From the NCBI GenBank assembly GCA_020632095.1, contig JACKGF010000001.1, positions 198,549 to 262,548 of the forward strand: a stretch of DNA of 64,000 bases, given 5' to 3'. Within the stretch, counting starts at the first letter, position 1, and each line of letters starts with the position of its first letter. Under the pieces are notes generated by a model. It was not told where the DNA came from. It saw only the letters and a list, made by a program, of their open reading frames with translations, and did not search any database. The stretch is from Candidatus Nomurabacteria bacterium. GTDB taxonomy: Bacteria; Patescibacteriota; Minisyncoccia; Phycocordibacterales; UBA918. Below, in pieces: positions 50,703-60,776 of this stretch. The position numbers and the translations under genes are program-made.

Positions 50703-52106
50703 ATGAAACGAACACTTATTGCTGAACTAAGCAAACATAAAGGAGAGACGGTTGAAATTAAAGGCTGGATTAATGTAGCGCGTGACCAAGGTAAGATGGC
50801 TTTCTTTGATATCCGCGATCGCAGTGGGTTTGTCCAGGGAGTGGTTTTTGGTAAGCCAGAGGTGTTAGAAATTGCCAAAACTCTTAAGTCAGAATTTGTA
50901 GTTGCTATCACAGGGGTAGTTAACGAGCGACCAGCCAAAATGATAAAGGAAGGAGTAGTAAATGGCGACATTGAACTTGAAATTACCGCCATCGAAATTC
51001 TTAACGCCGCTGACACTCCACCTTACGACCTAACCGAAGACACCAGTGGAATTGATGAGGAAGTGCGACTTAAGCATCGTTCCCTTGACCTACGAACCGA
51101 ACGAATGCAACGCAACATGCGCGTTCGTAGCGAGTTTGTGCGTCGTTGTCGGAACTACCTAATGGAAAGAGATTTCTGTGAAATTGAAACTCCACTCCTA
51201 ACTGAGTCGACTCCGGAAGGTTCACGTGACTTCGTCGTACCAAGTCGACATAACCCTGGAAAATTCTACGCTCTACCTCAATCACCCCAGCAATACAAAC
51301 AACTCCTGATGAACGCAGGCTTTGAACGCTACGTACAGATTGCTCGGGCTATTCGTGACGAAGACCTAAGAGCCGACCGCGGTTATGAACACACTCAAGT
51401 CGACGTCGAAATGTCCTTTGTTGAGCGTGATGATGTAATGAACATGATCGAGGGTATGATTATCGAAACGGTCGAGAGTATGGGACATACCATAAAACAG
51501 AAACCTTTCCCTCGAGTAACTTATGCAGAATCAATGGCCAAATACGGTGCTGATAAATTCGACATGCGAACAGAAGAGGATAAAGAAAATAAAGTTCTGG
51601 CTTATGCTTGGGTAATTGATTTTCCTTTCTTTGAAAAAACCGACAAAGGCACTTGGACTTTCACCCACAATCCATTCTCCATGCCAAAAGCAGAATTTTT
51701 GGAAGATTTAATGAAAGGTGAAAATATTGAGAATATTTTAACTTCTCAATACGATCTGGTTTGCAACGGTTACGAAGCTGGTGGTGGCAGTATTCGCGCG
51801 CACAAACCAGAAATAATCAAAGCGGTATACAAAGTGATGGGTAACACTGATGAAGAAACGGAAGAAAAAGTTGGTCATATGTTAGAGGCTTTTCGTTACG
51901 GCACACCACCACATGGTGGTATCGCGCTTGGTGTAGAAAGGAATGTAATGAACCTAACTGGCGAAGAATCACTGCGTGAAGTTCAAGCTTTCCCAATGAC
52001 CCGCAAAGGCCAAACAGCTGTTATGACCGCACCTAAGCCACTTACCATAGACCAACTCCTAGAACTAGGATTATCAGTTAGAAAACAAGATAATGACAAA
52101 AATTAA
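50703..52106 (+). CDS. aspS: aspartyl-tRNA synthetase, compact form without GAD insertion
   Basis: QSPQQYKQLLM and RDEDLRADR motifs. N-terminal OB fold. Length 467 aa. Confidence 0.9.
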   Translation: MKRTLIAELSKHKGETVEIKGWINVARDQGKMAFFDIRDRSGFVQGVVFGKPEVLEIAKTLKSEFVVAITGVVNERPAKMIKEGVVNGDIELEITAIEILNAADTPPYDLTEDTSGIDEEVRLKHRSLDLRTERMQRNMRVRSEFVRRCRNYLMERDFCEIETPLLTESTPEGSRDFVVPSRHNPGKFYALPQSPQQYKQLLMNAGFERYVQIARAIRDEDLRADRGYEHTQVDVEMSFVERDDVMNMIEGMIIETVESMGHTIKQKPFPRVTYAESMAKYGADKFDMRTEEDKENKVLAYAWVIDFPFFEKTDKGTWTFTHNPFSMPKAEFLEDLMKGENIENILTSQYDLVCNGYEAGGGSIRAHKPEIIKAVYKVMGNTDEETEEKVGHMLEAFRYGTPPHGGIALGVERNVMNLTGEESLREVQAFPMTRKGQTAVMTAPKPLTIDQLLELGLSVRKQDNDKN

Positions 52107-53529
52107 CACCACCAATAAAACTCTAGCTGACATACCGGCCAAGTACTGTCGGATTATTTTAACTGAAGATAATACTAATTGGCACAGACTAGTTGAAACA
52201 AAAGAAGGCGGCCTTGAATATCGAATGGGAGCTGGTAAGCGGAAAAACGCCACACCACGAACCTTCCGTACTTTAGTACGATTAATCGTACTACAAGCGA
52301 AAACTCATCAACTAGAAAATATTGCGATTCACCTCGGAGCTATGGGTTGTCCGAAGCTGGAAGCGATGGGGGAGGAGTGGTTTTTCCGCACCTTGTCCGA
52401 AAACCTACAACTCGCTCAGTACGAATTTAATGTGTACAAAACTAAGCCTGATAAAACTAAAAAGCTGCAAGAGATTTTGGTATGTGGGATAAGCTCACCG
52501 GTTGAAAAGCAGAGCTTTTCAACCGGCCTCACCATCGGTGAAGGCGCTAACATCACCCGCGACATCGCCAACACCCCCAGCGACGACATGACACCGAGTC
52601 TGCTAGCCAAAGCTACCCAAAACGCTCTCAAAGGCACCAAAGCCAAGGTGAAAATTTTCGACCAAAAAGCAATCACCAAAGAAAAAATGGGTCTGTTGTT
52701 AGCAGTTGGAAAAGGAGCTTATGATCCGCCAAAATTTATTGTAATTGAATACTGGGGAGCAGGTAAACCTACTGGCAATAAAAAGGATTCTAACTTAAAG
52801 CCAATTGCATTGGTCGGCAAAGGAATCACTTATGACAGTGGGGGGCTCAACGTGAAGCCGTCAGGCTCAATGCATGAAATGCACCTTGATATGTCTGGTG
52901 GAGCCTCTCTCATTGGCACCATGTACGCCATCGCCAAACTTGGTCTGAAGAAAAATGTCGTAGCCTTTATTCCCGCCGCCGAAAACTCTATTTCAGCCGA
53001 AAGTATGCGCGCCGGTGACATCGCCACTTCCATGTCTGGCCAAACAGTAGAGATTCTTCACACCGACGCCGAAGGCCGCCTAGTACTAGCCGACGCCATG
53101 ACTTACGCCGCTAAGTACTACACCCCATCAGTCATGCTCGATGTCGCCACCTTGACCGGAGCCTCACTGGTTGCTCTCGGTCAACAAGCTTCAGCCATCA
53201 TGACCAAGAACCAATCTCTGCAAAACACTTTGGTCGAACTAGGAGAAGAAACTGGCGATCTAATGTGGCCGTTACCACTCTGGGAAGAATACAAAGCCTC
53301 ACTTAAAAGCACTCGAGCGGACTTAGCCAACATTGCTACCAACTTCTCAAGATTTGGTGGGTGCATTGAAGGAGGCACTTTTCTCTCTTTCTTCGCTCCC
53401 AAAAAGACTCCGTGGGCACACATCGATATCGCTCCGCGCATGGACAGCATCCCGAGCGACAAGCTAGCCAAAGGCGCCACCGGAGAACCAGTGCGAATGC
53501 TAGTACGGTTCGTCGAAACCTATAAGTAA
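52093..53529 (+). CDS. pepA: leucyl aminopeptidase (M17)
   Basis: VGKGITYDSGG and NTDAEGRL signatures. Confidence 0.85.
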   Translation: MTKINTTNKTLADIPAKYCRIILTEDNTNWHRLVETKEGGLEYRMGAGKRKNATPRTFRTLVRLIVLQAKTHQLENIAIHLGAMGCPKLEAMGEEWFFRTLSENLQLAQYEFNVYKTKPDKTKKLQEILVCGISSPVEKQSFSTGLTIGEGANITRDIANTPSDDMTPSLLAKATQNALKGTKAKVKIFDQKAITKEKMGLLLAVGKGAYDPPKFIVIEYWGAGKPTGNKKDSNLKPIALVGKGITYDSGGLNVKPSGSMHEMHLDMSGGASLIGTMYAIAKLGLKKNVVAFIPAAENSISAESMRAGDIATSMSGQTVEILHTDAEGRLVLADAMTYAAKYYTPSVMLDVATLTGASLVALGQQASAIMTKNQSLQNTLVELGEETGDLMWPLPLWEEYKASLKSTRADLANIATNFSRFGGCIEGGTFLSFFAPKKTPWAHIDIAPRMDSIPSDKLAKGATGEPVRMLVRFVETYK

Positions 53530-53534
53530 ACTCT

Positions 53535-54164
53535 ATGGATATTTCACAAATTCAAAAACAAATCTTGGAGTCTGATGAATTTGTTTTATCTGAAGCACAG
53601 AAAGTTCGCTATTTATATGGACTTAAAAAAGAAATGCGTTACAACCAGACTCGGACCGAAACCATCCGCACCGAATCAGTTGCAGAGCATATCTATGGTA
53701 TGTGTATTGTAGCTAACTATTTTCTGCCTCTTGAAGATCCAAAAAACAAATTGAATCAGGGTGATGTCTTCAAACTCATCTCTTGGCATGACGCCGACGA
53801 AATCGAAACCGGCGACATTCTCGGTCAAAGCAAAACGCAAACCGACCGTGACAATGAAATAATCGCCATGAAAACGGTAATCGAAAATACACCTGCTCAC
53901 ATGCAACCAGAAGCATTGCGACTAATGAAAGACTATGAACTCCAATCAACACCCGAAGCTAGATTCGTAAAAGCCATTGATAAAATTGAGGTGTCGTTTG
54001 AAATTTTTGACGATAACTATCGAGAAATTTTCAAAAAGCTCCACACCAGACGCCAAGATAACGACAAAACGAAACTACCATATATCCAAGATTACCCTTA
54101 CATCCTAAGATTCTGCCAAGTAATTTCCGATGAAATAGATAGACTAGGTTTTTTTGTAAAATAA
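53535..54164 (+). CDS. HD-domain phosphohydrolase (YfbR-like)
   Basis: ESVAEHIYGM...WHDADEIETGDI HD motif. Confidence 0.65.
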   Translation: MDISQIQKQILESDEFVLSEAQKVRYLYGLKKEMRYNQTRTETIRTESVAEHIYGMCIVANYFLPLEDPKNKLNQGDVFKLISWHDADEIETGDILGQSKTQTDRDNEIIAMKTVIENTPAHMQPEALRLMKDYELQSTPEARFVKAIDKIEVSFEIFDDNYREIFKKLHTRRQDNDKTKLPYIQDYPYILRFCQVISDEIDRLGFFVK

Positions 54165-54189
54165 TTGCTATTAGTTACACAACGAAAAC

Positions 54190-54218
54190 GGGCGCGTTGA
54201 CTAAAAGTCAACGCGCCC
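54190..54218. terminator. bidirectional hairpin
   Basis: 12-bp perfect stem gggcgcgttgac/gtcaacgcgccc. Confidence 0.6.
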
Positions 54219-54228
54219 TTGTTGGTTA

Positions 54229-54861
54229 TTACGGATACATGCCCACCGTACCAGCAACAAAAAATTCCCGGGACGTTCTTCTCAAATCATCAGGCAAAGC
54301 CCCAGTGAGATAGTAACGACTACTTTTAGAAGCCTGAACCTTGGTACTCCTGTGAAAATAATGATCGACTATACTTGTCCGGAAACTCCTCAAGAACTCG
54401 AGGACATTGTAGTCACACGAGCCGAAGAAAGTCACCAGCCCGCCGTCTTTGAAACCCTTGACCATTTCGACAAAGGCCACGGCGGTGGGGTAGTCACCCC
54501 TCAGCCTTTCATAATGACCGGTTTCAGCCTGAGTACAGGACTCGAGTTTTTTCGTGACTGAAAACCAGCGAGCATACCGCAAGAGACCATCCGGCAGGTC
54601 AATGTTGTGATGAAGCATCCGAGCACCCTTAACCTCAATCCAGATGCAGTTCTGGCAATGCTTGTCCATCTCTGCCTGGAAGTTGTAATTACTGATGACA
54701 CCAGGACGTAGACCGCCCGACACGACCCTGTGCCTGGTGGCCATACCTGGGTCTTTAGCCAGTGCCACCGCCCAATCATCTTTACGAACTTGGATCATGA
54801 GCACAAACGACAGACGGTTGCTCATCACTTCACTTGTACCCTTAAGTCTTTTAGTCATCAT
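54229..54861 (-). CDS. hypothetical protein with a possible PD-(D/E)xK-like core (…D…IEVKG…); compositionally foreign (about 50% GC)
   Basis: GC clearly above neighbours. No family recognised. Adjacent to the IS30 remnant. Confidence 0.45.
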   Translation of the reverse strand: MMTKRLKGTSEVMSNRLSFVLMIQVRKDDWAVALAKDPGMATRHRVVSGGLRPGVISNYNFQAEMDKHCQNCIWIEVKGARMLHHNIDLPDGLLRYARWFSVTKKLESCTQAETGHYERLRGDYPTAVAFVEMVKGFKDGGLVTFFGSCDYNVLEFLRSFRTSIVDHYFHRSTKVQASKSSRYYLTGALPDDLRRTSREFFVAGTVGMYP

Positions 54862-54981
54862 ACTTCTCCATTAGAAAAATTTAGGAAATACAACATATTT
54901 TTTGATGAACTGCTATAATTTTTATAGCATATTCAGTGTTGCTTGTCAATAGTAAATAGCCTAAATTCAATAAGTAAGTGC

Positions 54982-55114
54982 AACACTTTAATATAATTAA
55001 AGTGTTATGCAATACAACCATTTATCAATAGAAGAGCGCGAAAAAATCCAAGAACTTCTCTGGCAAAAGAAATCCATCAGACAACTAGACAAACGGGGAT
55101 TTTTTGTTAGATAA
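54982..55114 (+). mobile_element. remnant of a second IS30-family element: terminal hairpin plus truncated transposase N-terminus (35 codons)
   Basis: MQYNHLSIEEREKIQELLWQKKSIRQLDKRGFFVR* parallels the IS30 transposase N-terminal HTH. It is preceded by the palindrome aacactttaat-ata-attaaagtgtt. Confidence 0.5.
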
Positions 55115-55170
55115 ATAACAGCTACTAAAAACTTTGTTATATAATGGCAAGATAATGTTAGAATTAACAC

Positions 55171-55902
55171 ATGACTGCCACGGCTTTTGCTATTAAAACT
55201 GAGACCTTTGAAGGTCCGATGGAATTGTTGATTGAACTCGTTGAAAAACGGAAACTTTTGATTAATGACATATCGCTCGCTAGGGTAACCGATGAGTACA
55301 TGCAAACCGTCAGCGCCATGCAGGAAATGTCACTACCAAATACAGCACAGTTTATCAGTCTGGCTGCTACACTACTTTTAATAAAATCTAAGTCACTTTT
55401 ACCAGTCTTGGATTTAACTGATGAAGAAGAGGCCAGTATTGAAGATTTGGCTGAAAGATTAAAAAAATACCAGTTATACCGCGATGCCGCTCTAGAACTA
55501 CAAACCAGATTTGGCACTAAAAATATGTACGATCCGGAGTACATTCCACCGCGTGAACCCATTTTCACACCTGACATTTTCTGTTCAACCGAAGAATTAA
55601 GACAAGCTATGTACCGAGTGTTGTCTAGTCTACCTAAGAATGAACCTAAACAAACAGCTAAAGTCCGTCCCACTATCTCACTCGAAGACATGATGAGTAA
55701 GCTTCAATCCAGAATAGAGCGACAAATGCAAACTCGTTTTTCTGATATTCGTGCTACTGAAACCGAACACAAGAATGTGATCGTTGGATTTTTGGCGATT
55801 CTTGAGCTATTTAAGCAAGGAAACATAATAATCACCCAAGCAAGTAGATTTGATGATATTCACCTTGAATTAGAACAAGCCAAGACTCCCAAATACTATT
55901 AG
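55171..55902 (+). CDS. scpA: segregation and condensation protein A
   Basis: FEGPMELLIELVEKRKLLINDISLARVTDEY. Confidence 0.8.
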   Translation: MTATAFAIKTETFEGPMELLIELVEKRKLLINDISLARVTDEYMQTVSAMQEMSLPNTAQFISLAATLLLIKSKSLLPVLDLTDEEEASIEDLAERLKKYQLYRDAALELQTRFGTKNMYDPEYIPPREPIFTPDIFCSTEELRQAMYRVLSSLPKNEPKQTAKVRPTISLEDMMSKLQSRIERQMQTRFSDIRATETEHKNVIVGFLAILELFKQGNIIITQASRFDDIHLELEQAKTPKYY

Positions 55903-55957
55903 CTATCCGTGCAAAACCACAGTGAAAAACTTAGCTATTCTGTGTTAAAATGCCAAC

Positions 55958-56482
55958 ATGACACTCGATGTTCTGATCGAAGGGCTGCTTTTCTATAAAG
56001 CAGCCCCTCAAAACAAACAACGTCTAATGAAGCTTTTCTGTGTCGGGCAGGAGGAATTTTCGGCTGCTTTACAAACTCTCACTAACAGACTGCAGTCTGG
56101 TGGCACCAGGCTGACTGAAACCGAAACCGAAATCCAACTAGTAACAGCTTCCGAATTATCAGAATTCATCGAAGCTCAACGCAAAAGTGACTTTACTGGC
56201 GATATTGGTAAAGCAGGGGCAGAAACACTAGCTATCATCCTTTATAAAGAGCCTATTTCTCGAGTAGAAATTGATCGAATCCGCGGGGTTAATTCTTCTT
56301 TTATACTACGCAACCTATTAATGCGCGGTCTTATCCTTAGAGAATCTATCACCGGTAACGGTTACCAGTTCCGCATCACACCAAATCTACTAAATCATCT
56401 AGGTGTTACGAATAAGCAGCAATTACCGCAATTTTCAGAATTCCTTAATGCCATCGAAGCCTTTGATATTAATCCAACATGA
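55958..56482 (+). CDS. scpB: segregation and condensation protein B
   Basis: Tandem winged-helix protein of matching size downstream of scpA. Confidence 0.8.
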   Translation: MTLDVLIEGLLFYKAAPQNKQRLMKLFCVGQEEFSAALQTLTNRLQSGGTRLTETETEIQLVTASELSEFIEAQRKSDFTGDIGKAGAETLAIILYKEPISRVEIDRIRGVNSSFILRNLLMRGLILRESITGNGYQFRITPNLLNHLGVTNKQQLPQFSEFLNAIEAFDINPT

Positions 56483-57474
56483 TAGAAAACAAAGAACTAT
56501 TCATCATAGAAAATGATGAACCAACCACCAAAAACACTTTCCCAATAATTGCTCAATTGGGAATATTATCGTTGGTTTTAATAGGTATTTTTACCACCTT
56601 ATACCTAAGTAGGTCTGATGGTAACGTCTTGACCAACGAGACGCCGCAAAACCAAACTTATGAAGCAAATATTCCTGTAGTCCCACAAAAAATTGAGGAT
56701 ATTTCTTTAACTGCTAACGCGGCTTACGTCTGGGATGTTCGATCTCAAAGAGCCTTATATTCAAAGAATGCCACCGAGGAATTACCATTAGCTTCAATCA
56801 CTAAGCTAATGACTGCGCTCCTTACTTACGAACTAATGGGACAGGATGAAAAAGCTACTATTTCCGCCAACGCTATAAAGCAAGAGGGAAGTAGTGGTCT
56901 TTCGGTTGGTGAAAGAATGGGTATTGAAGAGTTGACAGAATTGGCTTTAGTGTCTTCATCAAATGATGCTGCTTATGCTTTAGCAGCTAATGTAGGGGAA
57001 CTGCTCGGCGACCAAGACCCCACCTCACAATTTGTTCAAGCTATGAACATCAGAGCTGAAGAACTTGGCCTAACAACACTGCACTACAAAAACATGACTG
57101 GACTAGATATCTCGACCACTGTACCCGGTGCTATCGGTAGTGCTAAAGATATTTCCTTTCTTATGGAATACATAATTACCAATTACCCTGAAATACTCAA
57201 GCCTACCCAACAAAGTGCAGCCAGAATCTACAACACCGCAGGTTCTTATCATGAGATTAACAACACTAACGAAATTGCTTTAGAAATACCAAATTTAATT
57301 GGTTCAAAAACTGGTTACACTGACCTAGCCGGAGGAAATCTAACCGTTGCCTTTGACGCTGGTATGAACCGACCAATTATCATTACGGTACTTGGTTCAA
57401 CTCGTGAAGAACGCTTTTCTGATGTCCTCAAATTAGTAGATGCTGTACAAGAATCAGTCGGTCAGAATAATTAA
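56479..57474 (+). CDS. serine-type D-Ala-D-Ala carboxypeptidase (S11 / PBP5-like)
   Basis: SITK (SxxK), SSSND (SxN) and KTGYT (KTG) motifs after an N-terminal TM/signal. Confidence 0.8.
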   Translation: MIENKELFIIENDEPTTKNTFPIIAQLGILSLVLIGIFTTLYLSRSDGNVLTNETPQNQTYEANIPVVPQKIEDISLTANAAYVWDVRSQRALYSKNATEELPLASITKLMTALLTYELMGQDEKATISANAIKQEGSSGLSVGERMGIEELTELALVSSSNDAAYALAANVGELLGDQDPTSQFVQAMNIRAEELGLTTLHYKNMTGLDISTTVPGAIGSAKDISFLMEYIITNYPEILKPTQQSAARIYNTAGSYHEINNTNEIALEIPNLIGSKTGYTDLAGGNLTVAFDAGMNRPIIITVLGSTREERFSDVLKLVDAVQESVGQNN

Positions 57475-57475
57475 T

Positions 57476-58534
57476 ATGGAATCAACCTTACTCAGTGTCC
57501 TTGTGCCAGCCCTTCTTTCTTTTACGATTGGTATAGCCATCACACCCGTTGTCACACATTTTTTGTATAAATATAAAGTCTGGAAAAAACAGGGCGGGAA
57601 GGTGGCCATGGGTGGCCATGAAGCTACCGAATTCAATCGTCTTAAAGGTGGAGAAGAGACCAAAACCCCACGTATGGGTGGAATTATTATTTGGTTAAGC
57701 GTTCTTTTGACTCTCGCTTTTACTTATTTGATGGCTTTAATTTTACCAAATTCCTTCTTTCCAGACTTCGATTACTTAACTCGCTCACAAACCCTTATCC
57801 CTGCCACCACCTTATTGATAGGAGCACTAATTGGCTTTCTTAACGATTTTTATGATGTGACAAAAAACGGTCAAGGGATTCGCTTATCAATTCGCCTCGG
57901 TCTTATCACTGCCTTATCAAGCTTTCTCGGTTGGTGGTTTTATACCAAGTTAGGTGTTACCAGCATTAATATTCCTTTTGACGGCAGTTTTGAAATAGGT
58001 TTTCTAATAGTCCCATTTTTTGTACTCTTAACCCTTGGGCTTTACGCCAGTGGCGTAATTGATGGTATTGACGGCCTATCGGGTGGCGTGTTTGCCGCAA
58101 TTTTTAGTGCCTATGCAGGTATAGCTTTCATTCAATCCCAATTCGACCTGGCTGCCTTTTGTGCGACAGTAGTTGGTGGAATACTAGCTTTCTTATGGTT
58201 CAATGTACCTCCAGCCCGTTTCTGGATGACCGAAACTGGCTCGATGGCTTTAACCCTCTCGCTAGCCACTGTTGTTTTTATGACTGACACCTTAGGCGAA
58301 GGAAACGGTATACTATTATTACCAATTGTTGGCCTACCTCTTGTTGCCACGGTAACATCAAATGTTATTCAAATATTTTATCGTAAAGCCACTGGTAAGA
58401 AATTTTTCCGTATCGCCCCAATACATCACCATTTTGAAGCAATTGGCTGGCCTTCCTATAAGGTCACCATGCGTTACTGGATTATTAGTATTTTCTGTGC
58501 TGCTGTGGGTGTTATTCTAGCCTCACTAGCATGA
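57476..58534 (+). CDS. mraY: phospho-N-acetylmuramoyl-pentapeptide transferase
   Basis: KTPRMGGIIIW and the rest of the polytopic MraY signature. The track start 57440 overlaps the previous gene; ATG 57476 is preferred. Confidence 0.9.
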   Translation: MESTLLSVLVPALLSFTIGIAITPVVTHFLYKYKVWKKQGGKVAMGGHEATEFNRLKGGEETKTPRMGGIIIWLSVLLTLAFTYLMALILPNSFFPDFDYLTRSQTLIPATTLLIGALIGFLNDFYDVTKNGQGIRLSIRLGLITALSSFLGWWFYTKLGVTSINIPFDGSFEIGFLIVPFFVLLTLGLYASGVIDGIDGLSGGVFAAIFSAYAGIAFIQSQFDLAAFCATVVGGILAFLWFNVPPARFWMTETGSMALTLSLATVVFMTDTLGEGNGILLLPIVGLPLVATVTSNVIQIFYRKATGKKFFRIAPIHHHFEAIGWPSYKVTMRYWIISIFCAAVGVILASLA

Positions 58535-59649
58535 GTACCAACAAACCTAAATCAGTTGACACAGTACTTATCGCCATTATCGGACTAATGGTAGCTGGCG
58601 GATTTTTAATTTTTTCTTCTGCATCACTTGGCTTAATGGCCCGTGGCGGGGCCAGTTTTGGCTCAGTCGCTTTCAACCAATTTGTCTTTGGGGTGCTGGG
58701 TGGAGGTGGAGTATTACTACTCGTAAGTAACATTTATTATAGGCAATGGCGAAAGTACGCTTTCTATTTGTTTTTTGTATCACTATTCTTAACCCTAGCT
58801 GTTTTTATTCCTGGTATCGGCATGTCACACGCTGGTGCTACTCGTTGGCTCGACATCGGCATCACCACCATCCAACCATCAGAATTTCTTAAAATAGGCT
58901 TCGTGGTTTATCTAGCTACTTGGCTATCAGGTGTTCATAACAAAATTGAATCATTCAAATACGGATTACTACCATTTATGGGTATTGTGGGAGCAGTTGG
59001 TTTTGTAATGCTTCTTCAACCAGACACAGACACTTTTATGATTATGGGCTTTGCTGGTATGGCTATGTATATGACAGCTGGCGCAAAGTGGAGGGACTTA
59101 GCTTTAATTATGCTAGGGGCAATTATTATGTTGGCAGTAGTAGCATTCGCCAGACCATACATCATGGACCGTCTCACTACCTTTATGCATCCAGAAGCCG
59201 ATCCTCTTGGTAGTGGTTACCAAATTCAACAGTCATTAATTGCTGTTGGTTCTGGTGGTATCTCAGGGCGTGGATTTGGACAGAGTATTCAAAAGTTTGA
59301 ATACTTACCAGAACCAATTGGAGACTCTATTTTTGCTGTTTACGCAGAAGAATTTGGTTTTATTGGCACCATGATGTTAATAATAAGCCTAGTCTTTCTA
59401 ACTCTCCGTGGCTACAAAACTGCTACTCAATCAAATGACATTTTCGGCACGCTATTGGTGATTGGCTTCATGACCATAATTATTGCTCAATCTTTTCTAA
59501 ATATCGCCGCCATGGTTGCCTTAGCTCCACTCTCCGGCCTACCTTTGCCTTTTATTAGCCATGGGGGGACTTCACTAATGGCCACTCTGGCTTCACTCGG
59601 TATAGTTTTAAACGTGTCTAAATACCGAACTTTTAGAAAGTTGTCGTGA
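58531..59649 (+). CDS. ftsW: SEDS-family peptidoglycan glycosyltransferase FtsW/RodA
   Basis: Ten TM helices, SEDS motifs, and position between mraY and murG. Confidence 0.8.
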   Translation: MSTNKPKSVDTVLIAIIGLMVAGGFLIFSSASLGLMARGGASFGSVAFNQFVFGVLGGGGVLLLVSNIYYRQWRKYAFYLFFVSLFLTLAVFIPGIGMSHAGATRWLDIGITTIQPSEFLKIGFVVYLATWLSGVHNKIESFKYGLLPFMGIVGAVGFVMLLQPDTDTFMIMGFAGMAMYMTAGAKWRDLALIMLGAIIMLAVVAFARPYIMDRLTTFMHPEADPLGSGYQIQQSLIAVGSGGISGRGFGQSIQKFEYLPEPIGDSIFAVYAEEFGFIGTMMLIISLVFLTLRGYKTATQSNDIFGTLLVIGFMTIIIAQSFLNIAAMVALAPLSGLPLPFISHGGTSLMATLASLGIVLNVSKYRTFRKLS

Positions 59650-59663
59650 TACACTAGTCAGAT

Positions 59664-60776
59664 ATGAGAATTGGTTTTGTTGGCGGTGGAACAGGTGGAC
59701 ACTTTTACCCACTTACCGCCGTCGCTTATGAATTAAACAAGAGTGATGTTCAACCAGAATTATTTTATTTTGGTCCTTCACCTTATGATAAAGAGTTACT
59801 AACCAAACTCAATATTCGTTACATTTACTGTCCGGCTGGTAAACTTCGGCTATATTTTTCTATTCAAAATCTAGTTGATATTTTTAGAAACTTTTCCGGA
59901 ATTTTTCTAGCAATCTGGAAACTGTACATAATTTATCCAGATGTAATTTTCAGCAAGGGAGGGTATACCAGCGTACCAATTCTTATAGCTTCTAGATTAT
60001 TAAGAATCCCTGTAGTTATTCATGAGTCAGATGCTGTCCCAGGCAGAGCTAATCAACTAGCGATTAAATTCGCTCGCTATATAGCGATTTCTTACGATGA
60101 CGCCGCGCAGTTTTTTCCTCCGGAAAAAACTGCGCTCACTGGTATCCCGCTTCGCCCAGAAATCAAAACCGTTCCGATCAATCCATTCGAAACCCTTGGA
60201 ATTCCACAAGACAAACCATTGATTTTTATCACTGGAGGTTCACAAGGTGCCGAGCGCATTAATAATGTTATTGTCCGCTCACTAGCTACCCTGTTACCAC
60301 ACTACAGAATCTTCCATCAAACTGGCCCAACTAATCTTGAAAACCTACGTCTTACCGCTCAGAGTTTACTGACTGACTCACCTCTACAGGATAGTTATTA
60401 TCTTCAAGGTTCAGTCAACGCTGAAATGTTTTCAAACTTACTATCAGCCGCCTCACTAGTCATTACCAGAGCCGGTAGTACAACCTTGTTCGAAATTGCC
60501 TATAAAGGCAAACCAGCAATTATCATCCCAATCCCCGAAGACATTAGTCGAGACCAGCGTACGAACGCTTACGCCTACGCTCGCAGCGGGGCCGCTACTG
60601 TCATAGAAGAACACAATTTCACTGAACACTTGCTTGAACAAGAAATAAACACTATTATCAAGGATCCACAACTTTACGCCAACATGTCTAAGGCGGCCAA
60701 AAATTCCTTCGTTGAAGGAGCTAGTCAAAAAATTGCCAGCATTCTAATCTCAATCGGAACCGAACATGGATCATAA
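59664..60776 (+). CDS. murG: UDP-GlcNAc:lipid I N-acetylglucosaminyltransferase MurG
   Basis: GGTGGHFYP N-terminal motif. Confidence 0.9.
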   Translation: MRIGFVGGGTGGHFYPLTAVAYELNKSDVQPELFYFGPSPYDKELLTKLNIRYIYCPAGKLRLYFSIQNLVDIFRNFSGIFLAIWKLYIIYPDVIFSKGGYTSVPILIASRLLRIPVVIHESDAVPGRANQLAIKFARYIAISYDDAAQFFPPEKTALTGIPLRPEIKTVPINPFETLGIPQDKPLIFITGGSQGAERINNVIVRSLATLLPHYRIFHQTGPTNLENLRLTAQSLLTDSPLQDSYYLQGSVNAEMFSNLLSAASLVITRAGSTTLFEIAYKGKPAIIIPIPEDISRDQRTNAYAYARSGAATVIEEHNFTEHLLEQEINTIIKDPQLYANMSKAAKNSFVEGASQKIASILISIGTEHGS

